Positions 36,774 to 45,539 of a DNA stretch of 64,000 nt are shown one piece after another. The notes beneath the pieces were generated by a model. It saw only the letters and a list, made by a program, of their open reading frames with translations. It was not told where the DNA came from and did no database searches. Position 1 is the stretch's first letter; the number at the start of each line of letters is the position of its first letter. The translations under genes were made by a program, and so were the position numbers. The stretch comes from Clostridia bacterium (GTDB taxonomy: Bacteria; Bacillota; Clostridia; Christensenellales; CAG-917), in assembly GCA_028710495.1 (NCBI GenBank), contig JAQUST010000006.1:1993-65992 (forward strand). Direction: 5' to 3'.

Positions 36774-38326
36774 AAAAAGAACCATTGGTTTTGTCCTTCG
36801 ATTTTGGAACTCAAAGTGTTCGCGCTATTTTATTCAATAAAAGCGGAGAAACTCTTGGCAAGGTAAAATTAGAATTTAATCCGTATTTTTCGCTCAATCC
36901 AGGTTGGGCAGAACAAAATTCGGAAGTATATTGGGAAAAATTTTGTGAAGCGTCGCAGCTGCTTAGAACGCATGAGCCTGAGCTGTGGGAAGATATTGAG
37001 GCAGTTGTTGTTACTACCATACGTGATACATGCGTATGTATGGACCGTGACGGAAAAGTGCTTCGTCCAATCATTCTATGGCTTGACCAAAGAGAAATAG
37101 AAAGCGTGGGTGACAGAATAAAGTCATCTAAAAAATCGATGCTTAAAATGGTGAATATGTATGAAACCGCCGAACTTCAATGCCGCGTTTCTGCATGTAA
37201 TTGGATACATGACAATGAACCTGAAATTTTCAATCAAATTTTCAAGTATTTGATGCTTTCGGGGTTTATCACCTACAAACTGACAGATAAAATGATTGAT
37301 TCGGTGGCAGCTCAATGTGCGCATATTCCATTTGACTACAAAAATAAAGAGTGGCAGAGTGATACCGCGCTGACTTCTTGCTTGTTTGATGTCAAAAGAG
37401 CGCATATGCCCGAACTCGTTGAGCCGGGAGAAGTTTTGGGTTTTATCACTGAAAAGGCGAGCGAAGAAACTGGTATTCCTGTCGGGCTCAAAGTGATAGC
37501 AACAGGCTCAGACAAAGGCTGTGAGACTTTGGGAACGGGCGTAATTGGTAATGATGCGGCGTCACTCAGCTTTGGGACAACGGCAACCGTGCAGTTTTCA
37601 ACAGATAAGTATATAGAACCTCAACCTTTTGCTCCTGCATATCCGGCGGTTTTGAATGGCAAGTACAATCCTGAAATTCAAATATATCGTGGCTATTGGA
37701 TGCTAACTTGGTTCAAAAAGGAATTTGCTGAGAAGGAATGTAAACAGGCATTGAAAAAAGGGGTTTCTGCCGAGAAACTCTTAAATGAAAGATTGCGTGA
37801 AATCCCCGCCGGTTGTGAAGGTTTAATTTTGCAACCTTATTGGTCGCCGGGACTTAAAATGCCAAATGCTAAAGGCGCAATACTCGGATTTTCAGATGTA
37901 CACACAAGAGTACATGTGTATAGAGCTATAATCGAGGGGATAGGGTTTGGCTTGTATGACGGTCTCAAAACCTTGGAAAAGAGAACGGGCAACCGTATCA
38001 AACGAGTTATGGTTTCGGGTGGCGGTTCGCAATCTGATGAAATTTGCCAAATAACTGCTGATATATTCGGAGTGCCTGTTCAAAAAGTTCAGACCTACGA
38101 AACATCGGCGCTCGGTTCTGCAATAACAGCATTTACGGCGATTGGAATGTATGATTCTTTTGAAAGCGCAGTGCGTGGTATGGTGCGGGTGAGCAAAGAA
38201 TATTCGCCTAACATGGAAGAACACAAAATTTATGAAGAAATATATCAAAAAGTTTACAAAAAGATTTATCCTGCAAACCATAAATTATACAATGAGATTG
38301 CAGGAATTTTGAAAAGAAAAAAATAG
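36770..38326 (+). CDS. FGGY-family carbohydrate/glycerol kinase
   Basis: The N-terminal ATPase motif is LSFDFGTQSVRAILF, followed by GWAEQN. The C-terminal motif is VSGGGSQSDEICQITADIFGVPV. The GGAGG SD is present and the start overlaps the upstream stop (ATGA). Confidence 0.8.
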   Translation: MKKEPLVLSFDFGTQSVRAILFNKSGETLGKVKLEFNPYFSLNPGWAEQNSEVYWEKFCEASQLLRTHEPELWEDIEAVVVTTIRDTCVCMDRDGKVLRPIILWLDQREIESVGDRIKSSKKSMLKMVNMYETAELQCRVSACNWIHDNEPEIFNQIFKYLMLSGFITYKLTDKMIDSVAAQCAHIPFDYKNKEWQSDTALTSCLFDVKRAHMPELVEPGEVLGFITEKASEETGIPVGLKVIATGSDKGCETLGTGVIGNDAASLSFGTTATVQFSTDKYIEPQPFAPAYPAVLNGKYNPEIQIYRGYWMLTWFKKEFAEKECKQALKKGVSAEKLLNERLREIPAGCEGLILQPYWSPGLKMPNAKGAILGFSDVHTRVHVYRAIIEGIGFGLYDGLKTLEKRTGNRIKRVMVSGGGSQSDEICQITADIFGVPVQKVQTYETSALGSAITAFTAIGMYDSFESAVRGMVRVSKEYSPNMEEHKIYEEIYQKVYKKIYPANHKLYNEIAGILKRKK

Positions 38327-38444
38327 TTATAGATAAAGTTATATAATAATAACATCAGTTGCTCACAAGGTGTGATTTGCCTTTTTATGTAATTTGTTTA
38401 CGCTTGGTAATAAAAATATCTGCAGTTGTTCACAAGGAGGAGAT

Positions 38445-40145
38445 ATGTCCACAAAACCGTATAAGGGATTTGAGCCAAATTGGTTTACCGATAAGCCCAC
38501 TGAGCGGAGTTTTCGCTCAATAATGAAATGGGGTGACCCTGAAAAAAATAAAATACCCAAAGAAGGTCTTTATAAAATAATGAAAGAGCGCTTCAATTTG
38601 AGCGACGATGATTTCAAACAAACGGTTGATTTGGGAGAGGAAGTAGTCGACTTCAAGAGTGCTTCAAAACTTAGTAAAGCACAAATTGATACATTTGTGA
38701 AAATTGTTGGCTCAGAGAATGCTACGACAGATGAGTTCAAACGGCTTCAAGTCGGTTATGGAAAAACGATGATTGACATAATGCGGTTGAGAAAGGGCAT
38801 AATTGAAAATCTGCCTGACTTGGTGCTTTACCCTGGTACGACCGATAATATAGAAAAAATAGTTGAATATTGCAACAAAGAACAAATCTATATCTACATA
38901 TATGCGGGAGGTTCGTCGGTCACTCGTGGCACAGAGTGTATGAAATCGCCGAATGTAATTTTGGATTTGCGAAAAAACTTCAATAAGGTTGTGAAATTCA
39001 ACGAAGAAAATCAAACTATAACTGTGCAACCTGGAATGTATGGACCTGAACTAGAAAAGATTTTGAACAATGCGCCAGAAAATTTCGGAACAAAATTTCG
39101 CTACACTTGCGGGCATTTCCCGCAGTCATTTGAGTATTCGTGTGTAGGAGGTTGGGTTGTTACGCGTGGAGCAGGACAGAATTCTACTTATTATGGCAAA
39201 ATCGAAGACATAGTTTTGGGACAGGAATATGTTACGCCTATAGGGAAAATAAAATCAGACAGTTATCCACGAAAAGCAACGGGACCGGATATTGACCAAA
39301 TTATGATGGGTAGCGAGGGCACATTCGGAATACTGACCGAGGTCACGCTGAAAGTATTCAAATTGTCGGGAAGCCACAAACGCTTTTCATATATGTTCAA
39401 AAATTGGGACGACGCGCGCAATGCAATGCGTGAAGCTATGCAAGGTGAGTTTGGTTTTCCTTCAGTCTTCAGACTTTCAGACCCTGAAGAAACGGATTTG
39501 ATGATGCATATGTACAACATTGCCGACAGTCCCCTCAATTCAATTTTAACAGCAAAAGGAATCCGCGAAAATGAGCGCTGTTTGATGCTCGGATTCACCG
39601 ATGGTGAAAAAGGACTGCAAAAAAATATTGCAAAGAATATAAAGAAAATAGCAAAAAAATATGGAGCGCTATCTTTGACTGGCTATGTCACAAAGAGTTG
39701 GGAACACGGAAGATTTGCAGACCCGTATATGAGAGATAATTGTCAGGATTTCGGCATAATAATTGATACATTGGAATGTTCAGTCAACTGGGACAATATG
39801 GACTATGTTCACAAATTTGTTCGCGAATATGTCAAATCTAGACCAAACACGATTTGCACAACTCATATGTCACATTGCTATCCACAAGGAGCAAATTTGT
39901 ATTTCATCTTCATTTTGAAAGACAATGACCTTGAAGATTTCAAAGTCTATCATGAAGGAATATTGGACGCGATACAAAAATCAGGCGCAGCAATGAGTCA
40001 TCATCACGGAATCGGAAAGCTATTTGCTCCGTATTTTGCGAAATCGATTGGAAAAGAAAGAATGGATGTGCTTAAAGCCTTAAAAAATCATTTTGACCCC
40101 AACGGAATTATGAATGCTGGCGGTACACTGTTTTTGGACAAATAA
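38445..40145 (+). CDS. FAD-linked oxidase of the alkyl-dihydroxyacetonephosphate synthase (AGPS) type
   Basis: AGGAGG precedes ATG 38445, so the longer track ORF from 38394 is unlikely. There is an N-terminal extension with KWGDPEKN. The FAD-binding PCMH region is LPDLVLYPGTTDNIEKIVEYC...YAGGSSVTRG. A triple-His loop (SHHHGIGK) is present. Confidence 0.65.
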   Translation: MSTKPYKGFEPNWFTDKPTERSFRSIMKWGDPEKNKIPKEGLYKIMKERFNLSDDDFKQTVDLGEEVVDFKSASKLSKAQIDTFVKIVGSENATTDEFKRLQVGYGKTMIDIMRLRKGIIENLPDLVLYPGTTDNIEKIVEYCNKEQIYIYIYAGGSSVTRGTECMKSPNVILDLRKNFNKVVKFNEENQTITVQPGMYGPELEKILNNAPENFGTKFRYTCGHFPQSFEYSCVGGWVVTRGAGQNSTYYGKIEDIVLGQEYVTPIGKIKSDSYPRKATGPDIDQIMMGSEGTFGILTEVTLKVFKLSGSHKRFSYMFKNWDDARNAMREAMQGEFGFPSVFRLSDPEETDLMMHMYNIADSPLNSILTAKGIRENERCLMLGFTDGEKGLQKNIAKNIKKIAKKYGALSLTGYVTKSWEHGRFADPYMRDNCQDFGIIIDTLECSVNWDNMDYVHKFVREYVKSRPNTICTTHMSHCYPQGANLYFIFILKDNDLEDFKVYHEGILDAIQKSGAAMSHHHGIGKLFAPYFAKSIGKERMDVLKALKNHFDPNGIMNAGGTLFLDK

Positions 40146-40214
40146 TTATATGCTAAAAAGAGGCGTTGATTTGAAAGGGGAGTTTCATCGCTAAAAAATG
40201 TTGATAGTAAAAAA

Positions 40215-40238
40215 CCGATGCAAAGCATCGGTTTTTTT
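40215..40238. terminator. Bidirectional rho-independent terminator (the operon on the plus strand, spoVG on the minus strand)
   Basis: aaaaaa-ccgatgc-aaa-gcatcgg-ttttttt. Confidence 0.85.
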
Positions 40239-40347
40239 ATTATTTTTTATGCGGTTACAAAGGTGCAAAATTTGATTTTGAGCAAAAGCATAATGACTTT
40301 TATAATATTATAAAAGTAGATATAAAGGCAGTATTCAGCTAAAAAGC

Positions 40348-40623
40348 CTATACTGTTTCTTCTTTTAATGCAAGCTCGTACGCTTCAAAAACTTTGTTGC
40401 GAATTATTTCGCGAGTGTTTGTGTTTATTGGATGAGCGATGTCCTTGAATTCTCCGTCTGGGGTCTTGCGTGACGGCATTGCGATAAAATTGCCATCAGT
40501 CCCCTCTATAACTTTGATGTCATGGATAACAAAGCAGTCATCAATAATAATTGAAGCAACAGCCTTGAGCTTTGCATCTTCCTTTTTTACTAGCCTAACT
40601 CGAACATCGGTAATGTTGAACAT
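40348..40623 (-). CDS. spoVG: Septation protein SpoVG
   Basis: [69 protein letters not shown] 40623 is the likely start; the N-terminal extension in the track is spurious. Confidence 0.93.
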   Translation of the reverse strand: MFNITDVRVRLVKKEDAKLKAVASIIIDDCFVIHDIKVIEGTDGNFIAMPSRKTPDGEFKDIAHPINTNTREIIRNKVFEAYELALKEETV

Positions 40624-40656
40624 AATTTGCACCGTCCTTATGTGTTTGCTAAATTT

Positions 40657-40685
40657 ATCATATAATAAAAAAGGTATGATTTCAA
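40657..40685 (-). promoter_or_regulatory. Candidate sigma-A-type promoter of spoVG
   Basis: Read on the minus strand: TTGAAA (40685..40680), 17-nt spacer, TATGAT (40662..40657). Confidence 0.4.
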
Positions 40686-40749
40686 GGGGCAAATTGAAAA
40701 AAAATATAAAATTGCTGTCATATGTGAGTTTTTTTACATATACTGGGCT

Positions 40750-42138
40750 GTGAACACATCATTTTCAAATAAAAAAATCCATTTTATTGGTATCGGTGGC
40801 ATAAGTTTGAGCGCACTTGCCAAACTTATGGTGCACTATGGAGCAACAGTTTCTGGCTCGGATGCAGTTCAAAGCGAAAGACTTGACGAGCTAAAAGAAA
40901 TGGGCATACAAGTTTGGGTCGGCTCTCACCCTGAATTTGTTGATGCGGATTTTGTTGTTTTCACTTCCGCTCTAAATTCAAATGATGCAGAATTGCGTTT
41001 CGCAATAAATTCAGGTGTTCCGGTTTTTGAGCGCCATGAATTTTTGGGAGTAGTCTCACAAAATTTTGGAAAGGTAATAGCAATCGCAGGAACTCACGGT
41101 AAGACCACAACAACCGCGATGCTCACTGCGATTTTTAGTGTCGCGAAAAAAAAGTTTACTGCTCACATTGGTGGCGACGTCATTGGCTATTCGAATCTTG
41201 TTGTGCAAGGCGATGAGTATTTTATAACTGAGGCCTGCGAATTTCGTCGTAGCTTTCTATCTCTAAGACCCGACATTGCGGTAGTTTTGAATATTGAAAG
41301 CGACCACCCCGACTGTTTCCATAACGAAAAGGAGCTATTTACCGCATTTGAAAGTTTTGTGTCAAATGTGAAAGAAAACGGTCGTGTTGTTGTGAGGCAA
41401 GGATTTGAGGAGATATGCAAAAGTGAGCATATCATCACATTTTCAAATAAGAACTCTACAACCCGAGAGTGCACATATCAAGCGGTGAGGCGAGATGGCT
41501 TGAATTCCACTGGCAATGAGTTCGATGTTTATGAAAAAGGAGAATTGATTTGTGCAATTCAACTGAAACATCAAGGGGATCATAATATACAAAATGCTAT
41601 TGCTGCATTTTCAGTAGCCCGTGAATGTGGCATCGCGGTCAATGATATAAAATTTGCGCTTGAAAACTTTCAAGGAGTGAAACGGAGATTTGAAGAAATG
41701 GGAAGCGTGAAAGGAGCAAAAATAATTTTTGATTATGCACACCACCCGAGCGAAATCCGCGCTTCAATTTCCGTTGCACGAAAGCAATATCCTCGCCTTG
41801 CCGTTTTGTTTCAACCTCACACATATTCTCGCACTCGCTCGTTGTTGCCTGCTTTTGTGACTTGTTTTTCTGATGCTGATTTACTTGCCGTTCTTCCAAC
41901 CTATGCCGCTCGTGAAAAGGAGAGCGACGGTGTTGGTGCAAGTAAACTATTTTTGGAATTGCTTTGCGGACACGAAAAAAGTGCTGTTACTTCACGATAC
42001 AACTTGTTGAATGGTTTGGAGGACGGGGCTCAATTTATTAAGAAGATGGCAATAGATTATGATTGTTTCTTAATGCTTGGCGCTGGCGACATAATAGACA
42101 TATCAAATATGCTGAATTACGATAAAATAGTAAATTAG
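40750..42138 (+). CDS. murC: UDP-N-acetylmuramate--L-alanine ligase
   Basis: [18 protein letters not shown]...[15 protein letters not shown]...DYAHHPSEI. The start codon is GTG. Confidence 0.93.
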   Translation: MNTSFSNKKIHFIGIGGISLSALAKLMVHYGATVSGSDAVQSERLDELKEMGIQVWVGSHPEFVDADFVVFTSALNSNDAELRFAINSGVPVFERHEFLGVVSQNFGKVIAIAGTHGKTTTTAMLTAIFSVAKKKFTAHIGGDVIGYSNLVVQGDEYFITEACEFRRSFLSLRPDIAVVLNIESDHPDCFHNEKELFTAFESFVSNVKENGRVVVRQGFEEICKSEHIITFSNKNSTTRECTYQAVRRDGLNSTGNEFDVYEKGELICAIQLKHQGDHNIQNAIAAFSVARECGIAVNDIKFALENFQGVKRRFEEMGSVKGAKIIFDYAHHPSEIRASISVARKQYPRLAVLFQPHTYSRTRSLLPAFVTCFSDADLLAVLPTYAAREKESDGVGASKLFLELLCGHEKSAVTSRYNLLNGLEDGAQFIKKMAIDYDCFLMLGAGDIIDISNMLNYDKIVN

Positions 42139-42227
42139 AAAAATATTGAGAATAAGTTTTGATACTTAGATTATTATATTACATATTGCAGTATCTGTGC
42201 TAGTCAATAAATATAATGGTTCAAATA

Positions 42228-42259
42228 GCAGAATACACACAATAAAGTGTGTATTCTGC
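42228..42259. terminator. 13-bp hairpin between the convergent murC and DUF4363 genes
   Basis: gcagaatacacac-aataaa-gtgtgtattctgc. The U-tracts are weak on both sides. Confidence 0.5.
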
Positions 42260-42293
42260 GTATGAACTTATTGTTTTGCTGTTTGTTGCATTT

Positions 42294-42674
42294 TCAGATA
42301 ATATCTTGCAAATTAAAATTTAATATTTCTCTCAAATTATTCGAAATATTTAGTATGCTCTCTGTTTTAGATAATGCGCTTTTCATATCGCCGCATTCAA
42401 GACTTCCCTTCGATTCACCCAGCGATACTGAAAGCAAACGCAGGTCCGGTGAGAAAGTGAACATTTCCATTCTATGTCTTTTTCCCTCCCACCACTCGAT
42501 AGTATCGTTGTTTGATTTTAGAGCTGCTTCGACATTGTCATCAACGATATATTGTATAACTATTTCCAAGCGACTGTTCAATTCAACAAAAGTTTTTTCA
42601 ACAAAAATACTTTCTAAAATTCCTGCAGTTAGAATTACGGCAAGTATGGTTATTGCTATAATCATTTTTTTCAT
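42294..42674 (-). CDS. DUF4363 family protein
   Basis: Has a signal/anchor (MKKMIIAITILAVILTAGIL) and is small and helical. It is ATGA-coupled downstream of a DUF421 gene, which is the usual pairing. Confidence 0.65.
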   Translation of the reverse strand: MKKMIIAITILAVILTAGILESIFVEKTFVELNSRLEIVIQYIVDDNVEAALKSNNDTIEWWEGKRHRMEMFTFSPDLRLLSVSLGESKGSLECGDMKSALSKTESILNISNNLREILNFNLQDII

Positions 42675-43453
42675 ATAACTTTTTCTCCTTGCCCCTCAGT
42701 AGTTTTGCTTTCGCCAATGTTTCTTTCAATATCCTCGCTTTCATCATCTGGATATTCCGCAATAGAGCGGTTGATTGAATCGTTATTGAATGGCTGAATA
42801 AATATACTTTCCCCAGTCAAGGTGAGAAGAAAAATATCTTTTTGTGATAAATTCAAATTTTTCAACACTTTGAGAATGCGTTCTTTTGAAACACAATTGT
42901 CAACTATTTTTATATTGTTCCCAAGCCAATGTCCTTCAACAATTAGAGTAATAGGCAAATCAGATTGTCCACCGTCTATTTTCATATCAGCATTTGACAC
43001 GGGCTTATTAGCAAATTTTGGCATTACAGTGAGTGTTCCATTGGTTTCGACAACCGCACATTCTACTTCGGCAGGTGTAAAGTATCCATTACCTCGTAGC
43101 GCTTCCAACAAGTCATTTGCAGTCATATCAAGTTTTTTCAATTCATCACACAATATGTTTCCCTTGTCGATGACTACAAGAGGTGAGCCATTTAGCACTT
43201 TTCGGAAACGAATGCTTTTGACAGCTACTTTTGTGATAAGAAGATGCACTAAGAACAAAGTGAACACTGGGATAATTCCATAAATAATCGGTATTGTTTG
43301 GTCTGACATAGGAATGCATGCGAGCTCGGCGGCAACGAGAGTTATTGCGAACTCAAAAGGTTGCAACTCACCTAGCTGCCGTTTGCCCATAAGTCTCATC
43401 GCTATGAGCAGAAAAAAATATATTACTATACATCTAATAAATAAGTTTAACAC
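42671..43453 (-). CDS. DUF421 (YetF-like) membrane protein
   Basis: LMGKRQLGELQPFEFAITLVAAELACIPMSD resembles the YetF N-terminus. The start codon is GTG. Confidence 0.75.
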   Translation of the reverse strand: MLNLFIRCIVIYFFLLIAMRLMGKRQLGELQPFEFAITLVAAELACIPMSDQTIPIIYGIIPVFTLFLVHLLITKVAVKSIRFRKVLNGSPLVVIDKGNILCDELKKLDMTANDLLEALRGNGYFTPAEVECAVVETNGTLTVMPKFANKPVSNADMKIDGGQSDLPITLIVEGHWLGNNIKIVDNCVSKERILKVLKNLNLSQKDIFLLTLTGESIFIQPFNNDSINRSIAEYPDDESEDIERNIGESKTTEGQGEKVI

Positions 43454-43489
43454 AAAAATAGTTTGCGAAAGTTGTCAGTGTTTATGCGT

Positions 43490-44995
43490 TTATGCCGACT
43501 TCTTTTGAATTACTAATGAACGGGATTTTGAGAAAAATTTGAATTTGTGTGCAAAAATACTTCCAAATTGAACAGCCTTAAAAACGGTTACTAATATGAA
43601 ATAAGCTATTGCGCCTATACCGCCGGCAAAGATAATGACAAAAACATTTGAAAGGTAATGCGATAGTATACCTTGCAAAAAATAGGTGATTGCCGTTGTT
43701 GGCAAAGCACACAGAACAAGCAATCCGCTTTTTTTGAACACGCGTATCGGCTTGTCAAGCCGTTTTCTTAAAGTGCGCATATTCAAAACTGCCGACACAC
43801 TAAAGCATAATCCGCTTCCGACCGCCATTGAATAGACTCCAATAATTTTTGGCAAAAAGAAAATGCAAGGTAAAAGAACCACTAAACCTGCCAAATAGTT
43901 GAAGAAACATTTGTTTTCCATGCCTAGTGAATTGACTACGGGAGCAACGACCTGATTGATGCCTAACGGAAACATAAGCAGACAACATTGCGCGGTGTAG
44001 AGTCCTGCCGTCTCATCTCCGAAGAACAATAAACCGAGTCCTTTGCCAAGCGGAGCGTATAACACAAAAAACAAAGATGAAATAAACATGCAAAAAATTA
44101 TGGAGCTTTCAAGCTTGGAAACCAATGATTTTGTGTCGCCCATTGCAGCGTAGGACGCCATTTCAGGAATAAGAACAACTGCTAATGCTCCGGTTATTGA
44201 AGTCGGTGCCATAAGCAAAGGCATTGCCATGCCAGCAACACGTCCAAACGCTGCTGTTGCTTCAGCAGAGGTCAAACCGATAGCGACAAGTTGGGCGGGG
44301 ATAACAATAGCGGTGAGTGAAGAAACAAAGCTTCCCGTAATATGCATTGTTGTGATAGGCGCAGAGGATTTTCCGAGTTGTAAAAAGCCTGCTGATTTAT
44401 TAAGTCGACCGCCACTAGTGAAGAATAAAATAAACAAAACAATAACACAAAGAGTGTCAGCCGCTGTGAATGCAATAGCTATTCCTATCGAGCCTGAAAA
44501 ACCAGCTATCAAACCTCCAACAAACATTGCGCAAAAACCTATTTTGAATATGTTGTCTAAGAACTCAGTAAACGAAAAAGCCAAAAACTTTTTTCTGCCC
44601 CAAAACCATGCGCGGATTATTGCGTAAAGAGTTGAAGTCAAAACAGCAGGCAACATAATCAAAAACATGTCTACGCAACGGTCATCAGCAAATATCAGTG
44701 AAAGTTTGTCGCCTAGTGCGTAGAATATTGTGATTACAACAACAGAAAGCGTTAAACCTATAAGCAGTGAAGCGCTCATTAACGAGCCTTGTCGTCTGTA
44801 ATCACCCTTTACCTCAGCTTCTGCAATCTTACGCGACAAAACTGTCGGTAGCCCTCCAGCCGTCAATGAGAGAAGCAGAATGAGTACTGAGATGCATATT
44901 TGATAAAGTCCAACTGTTTCTGCACCTAGTACGCGTGATATATAAACTTTGAACAAAAATGACAGAAATCGGGTGGTCACCGAAAAAACTGTCAC
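43490..44995 (-). CDS. MOP-superfamily flippase (SpoVB / polysaccharide biosynthesis protein type)
   Basis: Multi-pass membrane protein. The N-terminal pattern ISRVLGAETVGLYQI is typical of SpoVB/MurJ-like proteins. The coordinates use GTG 44995, but the frame is open for 13 more codons and the only SD sits in front of an ATC at 45025 (see findings). Confidence 0.75.
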   Translation of the reverse strand: MTVFSVTTRFLSFLFKVYISRVLGAETVGLYQICISVLILLLSLTAGGLPTVLSRKIAEAEVKGDYRRQGSLMSASLLIGLTLSVVVITIFYALGDKLSLIFADDRCVDMFLIMLPAVLTSTLYAIIRAWFWGRKKFLAFSFTEFLDNIFKIGFCAMFVGGLIAGFSGSIGIAIAFTAADTLCVIVLFILFFTSGGRLNKSAGFLQLGKSSAPITTMHITGSFVSSLTAIVIPAQLVAIGLTSAEATAAFGRVAGMAMPLLMAPTSITGALAVVLIPEMASYAAMGDTKSLVSKLESSIIFCMFISSLFFVLYAPLGKGLGLLFFGDETAGLYTAQCCLLMFPLGINQVVAPVVNSLGMENKCFFNYLAGLVVLLPCIFFLPKIIGVYSMAVGSGLCFSVSAVLNMRTLRKRLDKPIRVFKKSGLLVLCALPTTAITYFLQGILSHYLSNVFVIIFAGGIGAIAYFILVTVFKAVQFGSIFAHKFKFFSKSRSLVIQKKSA

Positions 44996-45034
44996 AGTTG
45001 TTACAGATTTAATAAGCTTGTTGATATGCGCCTC

Positions 45035-45325
45035 CTAAACCGACTGCGTTGGTAAAACGATTACTTCACCGACATATACTTCATTTACACCGTTGAGCTG
45101 ACACAATTCTTGTTCCGAGACGCCAAAAACTTCCGCTATTTTGGAAAGCGTGTCAAAAGGCTTCACTATATAGGGAGTCCCCTCCAATAGCTCTATGAGC
45201 AGTCTTTCCCCTTCGGAAGTTGAGCTTATACCGTTAAGCTTTTTAATTTTTGACGTGGTGCAGTGATTATCTCTTGCTATTTGAGCAATGGTTTCACCGC
45301 AAGTTACTTTGTGGACTATATACAT
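45035..45325 (-). CDS. Small protein with two LysM domains
   Basis: The two LysM repeats are YIVHKVTCGETIAQIARDNHCTTSKIKKLNGI and YIVKPFDTLSKIAEVFGVSEQELCQLNGV. AGGAGG lies 6 nt upstream of ATG 45325. Confidence 0.85.
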   Translation of the reverse strand: MYIVHKVTCGETIAQIARDNHCTTSKIKKLNGISSTSEGERLLIELLEGTPYIVKPFDTLSKIAEVFGVSEQELCQLNGVNEVYVGEVIVLPTQSV

Positions 45326-45481
45326 AGAAAACCTCCTTAAAGTATATGAAAGGTTTTGTTGATTAAAAACAAAAAGCAAAAAAGCAATAAAATATTGATA
45401 AAATAGAAAGGCAAAAAGCAACAAAGAAGTGAAGATATTTTAAAATTAATTTCAACAAAAGTTTTGCTTAATAGTAAAAAA

Positions 45482-45505
45482 ACACTCCGCAAATTTGCGG
45501 AGTGT
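45482..45505 (-). terminator. Rho-independent terminator of the 1,389-aa gene
   Basis: A 24-nt perfect palindrome (acactccgcaaatttgcggagtgt) followed, on the minus strand, by a 7-T run (plus-strand A-run at 45475-45481). Confidence 0.85.
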
Positions 45506-45539
45506 TTTAGTTTATCAAATATAATAACAACTTTTGTGA

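Noticed and set aside
42215-42230. tRNA-like T-loop strings (ggttcaaat at about 42218; gttcgaa within CDSs at about 26686 and 41188)
   Set aside because: There are no flanking acceptor, anticodon or D-arm pairings. Two of the hits lie inside well-supported coding regions, and the third is adjacent to the terminator hairpin.
42247-42678. 143-aa plus-strand ORF overlapping the DUF4363 gene
   Set aside because: It starts inside the 42228-42259 hairpin and has no SD. It is antisense to a well-supported gene that has a signal peptide and ATGA coupling to the DUF421 gene.
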